Assembly: GCF_036321535.1 (NCBI RefSeq)
Contig: NC_087437.1
Coordinates: forward strand, 18,602,001-18,666,000
Source: Camelus dromedarius
Lineage: Eukaryota
DNA: 64,000 nucleotides
Reading direction: 5' to 3'
Shown: positions 14,168 through 28,778 of the stretch, piece after piece
Position numbering within the stretch: position 1 is the stretch's first letter
How the letters are laid out: every line of letters begins with the position of its first letter
Made by a program: the position numbers and the translations under genes
The notes under the pieces: generated by a model
Database searches by the model: none
What the model was told of the DNA's origin: nothing
The model's input: only the letters and a program-made list of their open reading frames with translations

Positions 14168-14649
14168 TCAGGAGTTCTTTGAGAAAATATTCCATCTCTG
14201 CCCCTGCAGAAAATAAAAATTTGGAATGTTTTTTCATTGGGTTGAAAAAAAATTTACACTGAAATTTACATTGAAAACATTTTTTTCATTGGGTTGTTCT
14301 GTTTGATTCTAATTACTAAACTGGCGATTAAGAGTGTGACCTTGAGATTCCAAATGCTAGGGTATGGATCTAATTTCTTTCCAAATTCTTCCATGTACCA
14401 CCTGTGCAATGTGGGCAAGGTATCTAATATTCCTAATTCTCTGTTCCACATCTAGATACTACAAAAGTTCCAAATTTAAAAACAAATTAACAAATAGATT
14501 TTTTTAAATTCCAAATTTAAATTTCTGAAAACCCAAATCATTTCTTAAAAATTCAGCTGAAAAATATAGCAGGGATTGGTCCTGAATCACAATTTTAAAG
14601 AAAAGTCACTCTAAAAACCAGAGCCCAAATGAACAACAAAAAATATATA

Positions 14650-15261
14650 CACGGTGAATTCTCATTATTCGTTGCAGTTACGTTCTATAAAGCCACCATA
14701 CACACTGAATTAGCAAATGCTGAACCACACACCTAGGGGAGATATAAGGTCAGTTTCCTGCAGGCCTCTGGCCACATTTTCCTCAGCTGATCAGTATATA
14801 ATTTTGTTTTATGTGTGCTAATGTTTAAAGACACCTTATTTAATATTGTTTCATTAACATTAAACTCACGGCTAACAGCACTAGAACTCATGCCTGAATG
14901 AAGTTTATCTAGGACATTCTCTGTAAGGTACATCACAGCTTTCTTGTGTCTAGAACACTAGATAGCACCTTTGACACTAGGCCTGGGGACCATCTTGGAA
15001 AAATCACCAACAAGAAGCAAAAAATGAAAAAAAAAAAGTGGCATATGACAACAAAAAACTGACTATTTACATTATGAAAGCCAAAACGAGAGGCAGAGCA
15101 TCACCTTGTGCAACAGCTGGAAATGTGTGTGTTGGACATATGCATGAATGACTGCCAAAGTGCCACAACTATTGATTTAAGGATTAAAAATAAATTTTAG
15201 CAGGTCGGCAAATTCACAAAATCACAAATATGGAAATCTGTGAATAATGAAGGATGACTGG
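14650..15261. mobile_element. TcMar-Tigger non-autonomous element (MER82-like)
   Basis: Imperfect TIRs (...attctcattattcg / tgaataatgaaggatgactg) in TA-rich flanks. Confidence 0.65.
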
Positions 15262-15352
15262 ATATCTCTATTATATAAGCACGTGCATTAATATGTATGT
15301 ATGTATGTGTGTGTGTATCTTCACTGATATACTGAAATCACTAAGGTTCCTT

Positions 15353-15831
15353 TGAAGGGGATCAGAATATGCCTCTCCAGAACATGCCACTTTGACATAA
15401 GAAATATTTTAAGCTGCAGGAATCTGAGAAAGGGCAGGTTCAGGAAGGACTCAACCTCCCCCGTTTCCCCTGAAGCAGACATAAAACCCTCATGTGACAG
15501 GTGCTCTCCCTGTACCTGGAGGAAAGGAGCATCTTTATCTCTGAAGACAGAGGGATGCCAAGAGAAATCTGAGTTTCCCCCAGTTTACTACCCTTGGTTT
15601 ATACCCTTTTGTACTATCACATTTTCCCACAACTTTCCACTCTTCATGAAACCTAGTATAAAAACACTTAGGCTTAACTGTTTCTTCGAGTCTTCATCTC
15701 CTCTCACGTAAGGCAAAACTTCCATTAAATAAATCTATACACTTGTCTCATGTTAATCTGTCTTGTCAGTTCAATTTTCAGGCCCAGCCAGGGCCCCTAA
15801 GAGGGCTGAGGAGAAGTTTTCCTCCCCTACA
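15353..15831 (+). mobile_element. ERV1-like solo LTR (MER34/MER39 group)
   Basis: TG...CA ends, perfect 4-bp TSD CCTT, TATAAAA at ~15657, AATAAA at ~15728. Confidence 0.82.
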
Positions 15832-15950
15832 CCTTCTTCCCTGACTTTTTAATCTCCTTTACATCCTCCTTTTCCCAGTTGCTTCCTGACCAATTTTCCT
15901 ATCTACTTAATGCACTAACAACTACCCAGTTATTCAGGTAAAACTTAGTC

Positions 15951-16047
15951 TTTTTTTTTTCCCCTTAATGGAGGCACTGGGGATTGAACCCAGGACCTCG
16001 TGCACGCCAAGCACGTGCTCTACCACTGCGCTATACTTCCCACTCCC
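15951..16047 (-). mobile_element. tRNA-derived SINE (Vic-1-like, short form)
   Basis: A-box- and B-box-like motifs on the minus strand with a short A tail. Confidence 0.8.
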
Positions 16048-17261
16048 AAAAGTTAGGAGTCTGGATTTCTGCCCCCTCAGCTGCCTATATATTCCCAATC
16101 CATCACCAAGTCCTGAGTTTTACCCCCAATACTCCAAACACTTCTCACCACCTCCACCTCTGCCACCTTTGACCAAGTCCATGTAACCACCACCTCTTGT
16201 CCAAATTCACACAATAGGAACGCTCACACTATTTTACCTTTAGTACTTATACTATATCAAACTTGTCCTATTTATTTTTTCATTGTCCTTCCCTCTTCAC
16301 GTAACCTCCATGACAGCAGGGACCTTCTCTATTGGTTTACCACTGTTAATTCCAATATTCAGAATGCCAAGCAGACTGGAGAAGATACTACAGGCAGTCA
16401 AAAGGTCAAGCAAGTAGGAAGGAAAAAAAATACTAATTGAATGAATGAGTGCAACCTTTCCAAAACTTCCACTTCTCTTTTCTTTTTCAGTTTTCCTTCC
16501 CTCCTATCTTAATTCAACTCAATATATAATTCCTGGATGTCCAGAATACTTGCCCTTCACTGTGGCATGTGTTGCCATAGGAAGGAGGAAACACAGCTGT
16601 CACTGAAGATTGAATCAACATACACTAATACAACTGATTTAATAATCTAATGCATATATTAACACATGTCATTTAAAAAATATTTCATTCCAATGCTCAC
16701 CACCCTACTTCATCAAGTCCCAGTCCCTCAAATCAAAGAGTATACACATAGATAATCTTCAGAAAATACTATCACTATTTGAGGACCAACTTTTTGAAAC
16801 TCCTGAGTACATGCTTTTCAAATATAAGAGATACAAGTAGTGGATATGAATGGCTCACTGCATTCATACTGGTACTTTTAGTTTTAAAGTGTGATGAGGC
16901 TACACATTATTAAGGTCATGACTAACACAAACAAAAATTGGGGGTTTGTCACCTCTAACTTCAATTAAGTCTCTTGCAATTCCTCCATGACTTCCAAAGA
17001 CAATTTTCTAGTTAAAACCTTTGCCCTCTATTATATCAGGCAATCACCATTTCCTTGTTCTTATTTAAGATTAATACATAGTCAAATCCAACACAGTAGA
17101 AACTTTTTAAACTGTGAAACCAGAAATATCCCTTTTTAATGTCATTTCCTCCCCATCAGCCTGGTAATTTCAAGCCATTGCCACTAGGCTGACAGGTAAT
17201 AAACATAAATGATAAGATACAAAATCCTAATAAATTTGCCACTTTGGTAAAATATAATTAC

Positions 17262-17336
17262 TTGATGTTTTTCTTAAGGGCTTTCTCCAGCTTCTTCACC
17301 TGTTGTTTATAAAGTCTTAATTCATGCTGTGTAGGC
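17262..17336 (-). CDS. CEP70: CEP70 exon 11: [24 protein letters not shown]
   Basis: TTTTCTACAG| acceptor, AA|GTAATT donor, 75 nt, phase 2-2. Confidence 0.95.
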
Positions 17337-18409
17337 CTGTAGAAAATAAATATTGAACATGTTCAATTTACTGAATAAAACTATAAAGATATATAACAAT
17401 AGAGTATGCCCTATTACTTGTCACAAATATGCTTAAAAGTTCTTAAAATATTTCACGACTGCTAATGACGTATTTATTGGCTACTGGATATTCCCTGTTC
17501 AAAATTTTCTAACTTTTTTATTGTTATTAATCTATTACTTGTTTTATAGTGAATTATCTCAAATGTACAGGTAAGAATATCCACCCCTCAAGCTTATCAA
17601 AGTTGAATAGCAATTTGTTTTAAATTTTTTAACTAAAACCTTATACATAAACTTAAAACTCCATGTTTGTCCCTTATTACTGTCACTGCTCCCGTTCCCA
17701 TATGGCAGGTAACCACTGTCCTGGATTTACTGTTCATTATTCCCATATGTGTTTTATAAATTTTACCTCATATTTATAGAACCATAAATTTACATTATTA
17801 TGTGGCAGCCTTTAAATTTCACATAAATGGTTTATACTGTAAGCATCAGTCCCTCTGCATTAAAGTATAAGCTTTATGAGAACAAGGTATTTGTTTTGGT
17901 CCCAGAGCTTAGGACAGTGTCAAACTTACCATAGGTATTCAACAAATATTCATTGAATGAGAAAAAGTCTCAACAATGTGCATTCCTTACTACCCTCTGT
18001 CAACAGGTAGAGTGCTACCCTTTTGTGCTAGGAATGCTGTATATAAATAAATCTTTCTGTTGTATGCCATTTAAACTTTTTAATTTTCCTCTCCTTCCAC
18101 AAGATAGACATATGATGAAATAGTAAGACATTCTAAAGTAATTTGGAAATGGGAAATCTGATGGTATAAGACTGATTCTATTCTGAGTTCCTACCCAGTT
18201 TCATCTTCTTATGTTCTCACTTCCCTTGTCTACCAATGTAGACATACTTTTTTCATCATATAAGAGACTACTGACTAAAATGAATTTAAGAGTATGAGGT
18301 TCCCAACATTAGTTTTAGAGAAAAGGGGCTAGAATGACTTATTAAACATTCAAAATATCAGTATGTACTAAAATAAAAGTTAAATAAAAATGACTTAAGT
18401 TTCTCTCAC

Positions 18410-18498
18410 CTGCTTTCCAAATCTTTTTGGAGATTCAGCTTTTCACTTAAAAGTACATCTATCTTAGATTTTGATTCCTTAAGTTGATTCTGTAATGA
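18410..18498 (-). CDS. CEP70: CEP70 exon 10: [29 protein letters not shown]
   Basis: TTGCAG| acceptor, AG|GTGAGA donor, 89 nt; follows a 105-nt intron. Confidence 0.95.
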
Positions 18499-18603
18499 CT
18501 GCAACACATTTCATAGAAAAATAGTTAACTTTCCTAGGAGATTATTATTTATATTATTATTTTACTTTATAAAAAAGCATTTGTCAGTCATACAGTCCTG
18601 TAC

Positions 18604-18685
18604 CATTAGAAGGCCTTTATAAGTAGGTGAAGCACTCAGACTTCTGAAGTCGTCTTCTGACTGACTTTCATCTTCTTTATATTGC
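18604..18685 (-). CDS. CEP70: CEP70 exon 9: [27 protein letters not shown]
   Basis: TTTTCATAG| acceptor, ATG|GTACAG donor, 82 nt. Confidence 0.93.
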
Positions 18686-18762
18686 CTATGAAAAGATACA
18701 GTGTACTTCTTATGAAAAATTTATCTTCAAAGAAAAACATCTAGCTAACAAAAATCAAATCA

Positions 18763-18900
18763 GGGGGAGAGTATAGCTCAAGTGGTAGAATGCATGTTTA
18801 GCATACATGAGGTCCTGGGTTCAATCCCCAGTACCTCCTCTAAGAATAAATCAATGAATAAACTTAAATACCTTCCCCCACCAAAAAAAAATAAATAAAT
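18763..18900 (+). mobile_element. tRNA-derived SINE (Vic-1-like)
   Basis: GGGGGAGAGTATAGCTCAAGTGGTAG...GGTTCAATCCCCAG, then an A-rich tail. Confidence 0.85.
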
Positions 18901-19219
18901 CAACACAATAAGGGTTTGATAACATAAATATAAACTAAAACATAAGCAAATTTCCTACTTATTCTTACAGAAAATGGTATTAGAACATACTACTTACTAC
19001 CCAGTAACATGTATTTGTTCACTAATGCCTTAATTGGAATGTGAGATCCAGGCAGACCAGAACTTTGCCTGTCTTGTTCACCATTGTATCTCACTGTCCA
19101 GAAGAATACAGGGCATGAGAGGAGGTGAAAAAACACTTGTTGAATGAATAAACAAATGAAAAGCAAAAAAAAAAAAAAAAAAAAGCTCAATGACCAAAAA
19201 CAAAAAATGGTGGTAATGT

Positions 19220-20040
19220 GATTTATGTTTTCTCACCAATACCACTATCACACCACATATAAGTAGGCTAAATCTGAAGCTCCAGAGAAAGGAATAGTAT
19301 ATTTGTGACTAGCTAATAGGTATGACAACTTGTACTGAAATGGAAACTTTTACAATACAAATCAATGTTGATTTTACACATTTTCCTTATCTAAGCCAAT
19401 ATGTAGAAGATTTTAGTTTTAATTGACAGTACATGTAAATTGGTTGTAAAAACTACAAGAAAATTTTGAAGAATTTATTTTTGCTATTGATAAATTTAGT
19501 GTTGGCTTTTCAACTTCACAATACCCTTCTAAATTAGAGTCAGTGAATTTAGTTAAGTTGGATATAGTTTTCAAGCAGGTATGTCTTTCATTCAAAGTCA
19601 AATCAATTATTCTTAAAAATATGAGCCAGTTTTATAAAAGTGGATGTAAATGTTTAAAGGAAAAGTATTTTTTGTAACTGATTCAGTTGCTAGAAAACTT
19701 CTAGGTATGTTCAGAACAATTTGGGTTTGTAAATCTATTTTCAACTGTCAATTTCATGAAATCTAAATACAGATCAAATTGTTTCTGGTGAAAATTTGTG
19801 TCTGAATTGAGGTGTGCTGTAAGTTGAAATATATACCATATTTCAGTGACAGAATGAAAACAGAGAATGTGAAATATCTAACTAATGATGTTATTGATTA
19901 TATGTTGAAATGATAATATTTTGGATATTAAATAAAATAAATTTGTTTCATTGGTTTCTTTTTACTTTTCAACCTGGTTACATGAAATTACAAAATTATA
20001 TATGTGGCTTGCATTATATGTCTATTTGAGAGAGTGGTAC
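19220..20040. mobile_element. hAT-Charlie DNA transposon fragment
   Basis: AT-rich degenerate transposase-like segment ending in a MER3/Charlie-like terminus. Confidence 0.5.
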
Positions 20041-22299
20041 TAACATACCCCTCAAACCTTCTAAAACACATGCTAGCTTTGAACAAACGATCATTTCAGG
20101 AAAGATAATAAGGATGACTGAGTAGCTTCTATATAACAAGTACTAAGATAGATGTTTTTATATAGACTATTTCACATTTAACAGGTGAGGAAGTTAACAC
20201 TTGGAGGAGCTATTTAACTTGTTCAAAGTCACTCAAATAGTAAGTAGCTCGTGGTGGGATTCAAAAGGAAATCTCTGGCTCCAAAGCCTATGCACTCATA
20301 TCATTCTCTGTATATACTCTAAAATACCTGCCATTCTGGCCACATTTGTTCTCAGGAGAACCTAATAGATGAATACAGTAGAGGAGACCAATTTTAAATG
20401 CAGACCTAAAGGGAAATGAGTTTCAGTTAAGAACCCTCACTTTCTTTTCCTATAGCCTTTAATTTAGCATTGACAGATTTTGTGGTTTTCCTGAAGTAAA
20501 AACATAATTCTAAGCAGCCTCAAACTCTCATTTGGACATGGGATCCCCACAGCCAAAGTCTTCCCTACTCTTTCTCCAATGGTCTCCAGAAGCCTCAGGA
20601 GGAACCCAGTGTTTAAGATCATGCTCTTTAGGGACAGAGAGAAAGAGCAAAAGTAGAGAAACTCTGTGTTTTATTTTCTTTCCAAATCCAAATCATGTCT
20701 GATCAGAGGCGAACCTCAAAGCCACTTGCTTCCATTTCTCAAAACCATTTAAAAATTTTCTATTTAAAGAGAAGGATGGAATTAGACAAGAGGACTTCAC
20801 TTCACTAATTCATTACAGAACTATTTTCCCTGGGGTAACTTTCCAAATGACTCTGACATCTCAGAAGAAACTCAACCTGAGCCTTGCAGGATTTATTCCT
20901 ATGTTATTTTCCTTGGCTCTTTCATTCCATCTACAAAGCCAGGGAAATATTAATAGAAGTAGCTAGCAATATATTCCATGTAATCTATATTAACACTGAG
21001 TAAAGAAAAGTAGGTAAAGTAACATAACTGAGAGCCTGTCATTTTAAAATTTACTTTTCCTCTTTTTCAAAGATTGTAGCATGTTTCCTGTTTTATGAGA
21101 CTTTTAACTGGCTAACATTTGTATCCACATTTCTGCTGCCTTGATTGTTACTTCCTTTGCTTTCCCTGCGTAGTCTCATGTATGGAGGGAGAAAGAAATA
21201 CTAGTCCAGAGCATTTAGAAACTGCCCTTCACGAGTCCCTCTAGAAACCTTCTCAAGCCTGTGCCCTCAAGCAGAGCCCCAGATGGTGTGGCACAGGTGT
21301 GCTGTGCAAGGGGATTATGAATGCGCCAAGATATTCATCTCTTAGCCCCTAGGACAACTGGTCAGAGCTCTTGAGCCAGTTAGCGCAGTGTGGTATACAC
21401 ACATCACTTTCCATGTTTCATGATGAGAAAAACTTTGGACAGTGCTGTTCTTAAAAAATGGGTGTTAAGCAGAGGGCTCCTACCTCTGCAGGAGGCCAAC
21501 ATCCCATTCATCTTCTTCCTTTGGTCTCACTCCCCTGGCTCTACAGGTGAATACGTCCCTCTCTTGTGCTTCCTGTTTATTCGATTTAGTTCTCCAAATC
21601 ATAGCCTGTCTTCCCTCATTTTTCCTCTCTTTCACCTTTTTCATCTTTCAATTCTTTCATCTTTTTTTTTAGTTTTATAATACTTGTCAGTTACAGTACT
21701 CCTGCTTCTTCAGGTGACACTAATTTCCTATTTGTAGATCTCAAAATCCACCTTGAAGTTGCTACAATCTCTTTATCAAATTAGTATTTATCTTTAGAAA
21801 AGCGACTGATAAACTCTGTTTAATGAAACATGAAAAAGCCTCTCTTTAGGACAGACTCTTCATTGCTGCAAAGTAAAAGTGACTTCTAATCTCATCTTTG
21901 AGAACATTATTTATAATGCAGTTCCTTTTTTCCCTATCTCCTTCTCTCTTATTAAAGAGACATTCAGTCCAAGTATCTGACCTGAGCATAGTTTGTACAG
22001 GCCAAACTATTTCACTTCAGTTAGACCAGTGATGACAGGATTGTTAAGCAAAAAAGTAACTCCTTCCCCGAGACTTCTTATTCTCAACCCCAGATTTTTA
22101 CTACAAATTCATGACAACCAAATTCACTACCACCACCCACAAGAGCCTCAATCCTTCTATTTAGTCAGAGAATCCCAGTCTGTACAACTTCAGAGGCAAC
22201 GTCTCACACCATATTCTACACAAAAGATTTCAATGATGGCTATGCTAAATCTTCTCTACTCTTACTAAAAATCCCAAACTTTCTCTCTTCATCATCTAG

Positions 22300-22505
22300 A
22301 CCAGTGGTCAGCAAATTGCTGCCTGTGGGCTACATCCAGCAGGTTTTTTATAATGCTATGGCATGCCAATTCATTTACTTATTGTGCATGGCGGATTTCG
22401 TGCTACAACAGCAGAGTTGAGTAGTTGTGAGAGACCACATAGACTAAAATGCCTAAAATACATACTGTTTGGCCCTTTTCAAGAAAAAGTTAACCAACTC
22501 CTAAA
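22300..22505. mobile_element. MER58-like hAT MITE
   Basis: cagtggtcagcaaa...gttaaccaactcct termini, with TCTAG on both flanks. Confidence 0.65.
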
Positions 22506-22879
22506 TCTAGGTTAGAATTTACTAAAGACGTAGACCAAAGGTTGCAAATAATATTCAGTTTGGATCATATAATATTTTTTAGAGCACTGAGTTTTAATTG
22601 CAAATATTATAAATCTGATTTCTTATTTAAATCTAACCTTCTAGCTTCTCAAAAAAGCAGATCTAGACACAGTGGATTCACACTCCTGCATGGCATCAAC
22701 CGGCTAGAGTGAGTAGTAACTTCTCCCTTAAGACAGATGGTACACAACTCCCCAATTTGCCACAGTCTGACCTACTTCACTCATTTTCATCATTTTCTTG
22801 ATCCTGTAAGCATAACAGTTTGCAACCTCTCAAGCCACGAAATTCTTCATTTTCCCTCTCCTTACTCTTACATACTGAG

Positions 22880-23288
22880 ATTGTTCATTTTAGTGTCAAC
22901 TTGGTTAGGCTATGGTGCCCAACTACCTGATCAAACACCAGTCTAGATATTGCTGTGAGCTATTTTGTTTTTGATGTGACTAACATTTAAATCAACAGAC
23001 TTTGAGTAAAGCAGACTACCCTTCATAATGTGGGTGCAATTAGTTAAAGGCCTTAAGAGTAAAGACTGAGACTTCCAAGAAAGGAGGTATTCTGCCTCCA
23101 CGTTGCCTTCAACATCAACACTGCAACATCAACTCTTCCCTGGGTCTCCGGCCTGCAGGCTGGCCTCACAGATTTCAGACTTGCCAGCCTCATAATTGCA
23201 TGAACCAAATATTTTAAAATAAATTTCTCTCTATATATAAATGTACATTCTAATGGCTCTGTTTCTCTTGAGAACCCTGACTAATACA
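22880..23288 (+). mobile_element. MLT2-type solo LTR
   Basis: tgtcaacttggttaggcta...ctgtttctcttgagaaccctgactaataca. Confidence 0.78.
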
Positions 23289-24832
23289 CATACCTACAAG
23301 CCCATCACCCACCTGTATCAAAGGAAAAAGAGCTTTCCTTCTTTCCAAGGCAAATGATGTCTCCTTGTTCATTTACAGCTTACTCTGGGTCCAGCATGTG
23401 AATGACTGCTCTCCACAGGTTACTACCTCTATTAATATACCAACAAATCCCTGAAAGTCCAGCCCAACTGCTTAATTACAGTGCCATAAAAAACTCTTCT
23501 CTTTTTATCTATGCTCTTTTGCTCATAGCATCCAAAATGTCCCAAATTTTGCTTATTCTTCAAGCTCAAGCACAATCCCCATCTGCTTTGTAAAGAGTCC
23601 TCTGGTTACTCCATCCAAAATGAATTTGTTCCTGTTATAATTTCCTGTATTACTTACTGTCTGTACAGTTTTTAGTAATTACTTTATTGTGACACATGTA
23701 TTGTATTTTATAAGTCTCATATTATCTTTCTTAATTATTAATGGGTTTATATATACTCTCCCTTACTAGACTGCAAACTCCTAGAAGGTAAGAACCATGT
23801 CCAAAAATTTGTCCTGTCTCTGTATAACCTAACACCATGCCTACCATCAAAAACACAATTTCATTTGGGAATCAGAAAGTCCCTGAAGTTATCTGATATA
23901 ACATTGCTTTCTGAATAGAATGAAGCAATGAGTTGCTCTATCATTAGCTGTTCTTGTCTTCCCTCTTTCCCTCTATCCTGCTGTCTTTTTTAAGAGTCCC
24001 CAAGGTGCTAGAAGGAATCAGCAACCAGTATAGCTCTGCCACTGGTCCTACTGAGTTTCTGGAGACTCATCACTCTTAGGGCAAGAATACTAGATAATGC
24101 ACGCTTGATGAAAGCAGAGGATTTACCTGCTTTATTCTAGTGTGTCTATTTTTTCTGTTCAGTACCTAAAATAGAACATGGCAGAAAGTAGGTGCTCAAA
24201 TAAATATTTGTTAAAAAGAACTATTCCATTTATAAACAATGAAAAAGAACAGCTACTGGTTTAATGACCTTATATTAAAGCACTTTAGATTATTTGGTCT
24301 TAGATATCTTTCAGCTATTTTAGGTTAGTCAAAGACCATTATTTAAAACTTTACCCTTATTTCTTTAATGAGAGGTGACAAGTGTGTTTAACGCTATATA
24401 CCTGATTTTTCACTATGACATTTTATCTTTTCTCATATAAATCTGCATACTAATTAGGCTGTACTTTGGTAGGCAGCTAATTTAATCCTACACACCTTGT
24501 GGGTATACTCAGTAACTATCCAGTGGCTAGATGACATCAATAGAATAAATAGTAATACTTCAACAAAATTAAAAGTAAATACTATTTCTTCTGTAACTAA
24601 CACTTTCGTGGTTAGTAAATATACATATTTTAATATAAACACAACAATATACTTTAACATAAGTAGTAAAATATAGTCTTGAAGAGCTTTAGAAAACAAG
24701 AAATTTGTAGTTATATATCAGATAGGTTATACATATACCAGGTCAAGTTTCAAAAGGCTATAAAAACTTTTAGTGTAATTCATGACTAGATAGATAATAA
24801 CTTTATAAATGGTAATACAGGACTAGTCATAC

Positions 24833-24889
24833 CTTTGTTTTTGAAATTTCCTAATTTTAGATTCATAGTAATCAATTAGACAAAGCAAC
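24833..24889 (-). CDS. CEP70: CEP70 exon 8: LLCLIDYYESKIRKFQKQ
   Basis: TTCTAG| acceptor, AG|GTATGA donor, 57 nt, phase 2-2. Confidence 0.94.
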
Positions 24890-26869
24890 CTAGAAAACAA
24901 GTAAGTTGAATTATTTTCAAACTGTGGTATTGGAACATTTACTATTCTTTCTATATAATTTTAAATGACAGTGATTAACATACAGGTTAACTAGCAAATC
25001 ATAAAAAAATTTAAGTGATTTTTGCCAGAAGCAAGTATACTAAGCCATATATTTTATATTAACTTTAATGTATAGATTTTAAAATAACCAGAAACATTAA
25101 ACATCAACATATTAAATGCATATTCTCCTTTTCCCAACAGTTCTTTCTCTAGCAATCACTCCCACAGAAGTATCTGCCCAAGGTTGTAACTCTAGAAGAA
25201 CAAGGTTTTTCAAAGCACTATGATTTATGAGTGAAAACTCAGAAACAATCTAAACATCCTTTAATGAGGGAAAAGTTAAATAAATAATGGCACATCCATA
25301 CTACAGAAGATGAAGCATTAGAAGAGATTATGTAAATCTGTACATTCTCATGAGAAGTGATAAGGGAAAAAATTAATGTTGTATTGCCAAATGTATAGTA
25401 TTACTCTATTTTTTGAAGAAATAATTCAATGTGAATCTATGTATGTGCTGAAAAAGAACTCTATGGGATCTTAACTGAGGGATAATACCACAATGTTGGG
25501 GACAGGGTTGGTTATCACACTGAATAGCTGGGGACAGAGCAAATGTTCACCATATGCAGATGCTAAAAGTTCATCAATCAACATGACAGCCCTACATATT
25601 GAAGACCTGTCCCACCCAAACAACACTCTTGTTATAAAACACTGGAAAGGACACAAACCAAACTGTTAAATGTGGTTACCTCTGGGATGTGGGAATTAGG
25701 AGGGGTAAGCAGGTCTATAACATTTTTCTTTACATATTTTCATATTATTTCAATTTTATAAGCATGTATTGCTTTTGTAATTCAAAAAATCCTCAAAAAT
25801 AAAATAACACTATACTTTCACATATTATTATTTTTAAAGCAAGAATTTATACTATTTCCCTCCTATCTTGGAAAATTTACTCATCTATCTCTTTTTTCAG
25901 GGCTAATTCAACCAACTGTGCTTTTAATATCAAAACTTTCCAGATTATTCTTTCTCTTCAAATTTTCCTCATCCCAACACATACCAGCCTTCATATTATC
26001 CTGCAAATATGCTTTAATTTCCTTTATATACTTTCTAAGCCCTCTCACCCCTTACTCCCCCATCTTGCTACTATTCCACTGCTGTCTTTTTCCTGCAGGG
26101 CAAACTTCATTCATCCTGAAAGACTGTAACCTGCCACCTTCAACAAACTTTTGGAGAGGACTTATATGTCAAACCAGAAATTCTGAGCAAAAAGACAGTG
26201 GGAAGGCAAACACAAACTAACGAGGCAGCATGTAACACTTCTCACCACCTTCTCCTTTTGAGACACTCTTCTTCCTTGGTTAGCCTGACATCCAAACATA
26301 ACTCTTCTGCCTCTACTTTCTCTAAAATTGAAAAGTTTTCTGGAGTTAGGCCCTTCTAAGTGTAGGCTTGGTAGAGCGGAGAATCTCTAGGCCATTAGAC
26401 AAATTCACACCTGAATGAGCTTGACTTCATGTGGCACTTGGCACGTTCTCTCGATGCTTCTCTCTCTCTCTTGCCCTCTCACCCACTCAAATTAGCTGTT
26501 TTTTGTTTCTGTTTTCATCCTTTCTCCTCCATCTCTCTCACTACATTTTTACTCCTGTTGTAATTAGCTCTTTCTTCCTTTTGTTCTTCCTTACTCCTAT
26601 TTCTTTCTTTGCTTCTCTCCTCTTTTTATTTATTCATATCTACCTCCAACTATTTTTTGTTATTTAAATTATTTTTTATATTTTTATCCTTGCTCTTCCT
26701 TTAAAAAGATAAAAATTGTATATATGTGTATATGTATGTGTTATCTCTCAATTATCAAAACAATCTAGTTTTAACTTACATGTGACCTCATTTATTTTTA
26801 TAGTAAAATAGAAATACCTAATTAGTAAAGATTCCCCAGTCCTTATGTAAACATGTAAAACTAGTTTAA

Positions 26870-28560
26870 ATGTAATTAGTTTATACTATTAAGTGAAAAA
26901 AAAAAAGCTACCTTTTATACAAAAAGGAGAAATATGAATATAATACCCATACCACTTATATTTGCTAAAATAACCCTAAACATTTAAAATTACCTATAGG
27001 GAGAAGTAAGAAATAAGGCTAAGGGGACAGGAGTGAAAACACAACTTCTTTGACTGTAAGTAATTATAGGTTTTAGAATTGTATAAATGTCTTACAGATT
27101 CAAAACTAAATATTTTAAAAAGCCAGCCCTAAAAACTAAAAATAAACTGAAACAAATAAGCCTAACTGTATATTAATTTGGTGCTACAAACACAGAGAAA
27201 AGAAATATTTCAAGATATTTTGGAACACTAGATTTTGACTGTACGCACAGTGTAATACATTATTAATGTCAAAGATAACTGAAAAGAGAATTGTATTTCA
27301 TTCAGTAGGTTACTGATACAGCAATTCCAGTATTATTATTTTAAAACTATTTTTATATATTATAAGATAAAGCAAGTAACTAATTATGATATTATTCTTA
27401 GGAATAAGATTTTCAGTGTAAAAGAGTTACAAATGTAAAATCAAAGTTTAAATAAAAACCTGTAATGTTAACTTCAGTTGGAAAAAAATCATTACTGATT
27501 TGTTTTTCCTCAGATATATATAGTTCCTAACACTTGCCACTAAAAAGTCCTAAAATCAATGACAACATAATAATGGTAAGCAACCTCAGCACCCAAACTG
27601 TGCTCTAAAAACCATTCTGACAAAAAGGAACCAGAGTTCTTTTGAGAAATGTCTAATTAATTAACTTTAAATGTTTAGTGTTAGTTTTAACAAATACCAA
27701 ACTTTATTCCTCAAAAGAGCTCTTAGGGCAAAAAAATGTACAGGATGTACCCTCTGCCTAAAAGTAAGAAATCTAACAAAGATTAATGAAGCTGAGTCAA
27801 AAGTATATAATACCAACATGAAAAACTTCTCACTGGCCAAAGACAGGACACTTTGATCATTTAAATCCCATGAGTTAATCATGACCGTTGAAAAAAGAAA
27901 GAGCCACAAACAAACAAAAACTCTTATTGCTTATCTTTGGAAATCATGGCACCAACTCCTTATTCTAAAAAGTGAGGATTAAAAGGAAAGAACTGAGCAT
28001 TGCTCCCACATTCTGTTAACAAATCATATGGGGCAACCAAATAGCCTCTACTCAATAGGAAAGGTTCTTTTTTTATGGAAGAATTCCAGAAAAAAGAAAA
28101 AAAGGGATACCAGACTTGAAAACAATATTGCAAGATCATCAATGGATGAAACCATTAAATGAAATGATGATGGGAAATTTTACAGTGGAAGGATCAGATT
28201 GTTATTATTTAAACTCGTGAACAATCTTAGCAACCCTAAGAATAGGTCAACTAGACTTTACGTGTCTCCTGATATTTTATAATTAGAAGCATAAATTACC
28301 ACCTGAGGTATTTTGCCAAAATCACTTGCATCTGAATTTAGCTCTATCTTCCAGTGTAGAGGAAATACAGGAGACAGAAAAGTAAGTTAAATGACATAAT
28401 AAGGAAGCAAATAGACAAATCTAACATGTACTTCTCCAGGACAACTGACCAGTTTCTTCAAGTTAATAACATTAAAAAAAAAAAAAGCACAGAAGAGGGG
28501 AAGTAAGACTCCTCCATTTTAAGGGAAATATAAACCACATGCAAGATGAAATCTATTTTA
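26870..28560 (+). mobile_element. Old L1 (L1MC/ME-like) 3' region, degraded
   Basis: A-rich plus strand; shares motifs with 51740-53800 (e.g. aaaaggaaccagagttct / aaaagaaaccagagtttct). Confidence 0.5.
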
Positions 28561-28608
28561 AAAAAATAATGAATCTAGCTACATATCAATTTATGTAGCA
28601 AACATTAC

Positions 28609-28778
28609 TGTCTATCCAAGACGGTATGAGGAACTCTTTTGCAGAGATAAGAAAACACTCTGTTTTGAGTGGCAATGCGCTCCTCTTCCTCCTTCGTTAA
28701 TCTATAGATATCCTTTTGCAAAGAAGCAATAGTCTCTTGTTGCTCCATCCGTTTTTTCTTATAATGCTGACATTTTGC
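28609..28778 (-). CDS. CEP70: CEP70 exon 7: [56 protein letters not shown]
   Basis: Inside ORF 28605..28796; TTACAG| acceptor, CA|GTAATG donor, 170 nt. Confidence 0.96.

Noticed and set aside
18763..18840. tRNA gene calls for the SINE heads
   Set aside because: Degenerate stems, shared non-tRNA tail, A-rich ends and TSDs indicate SINEs.
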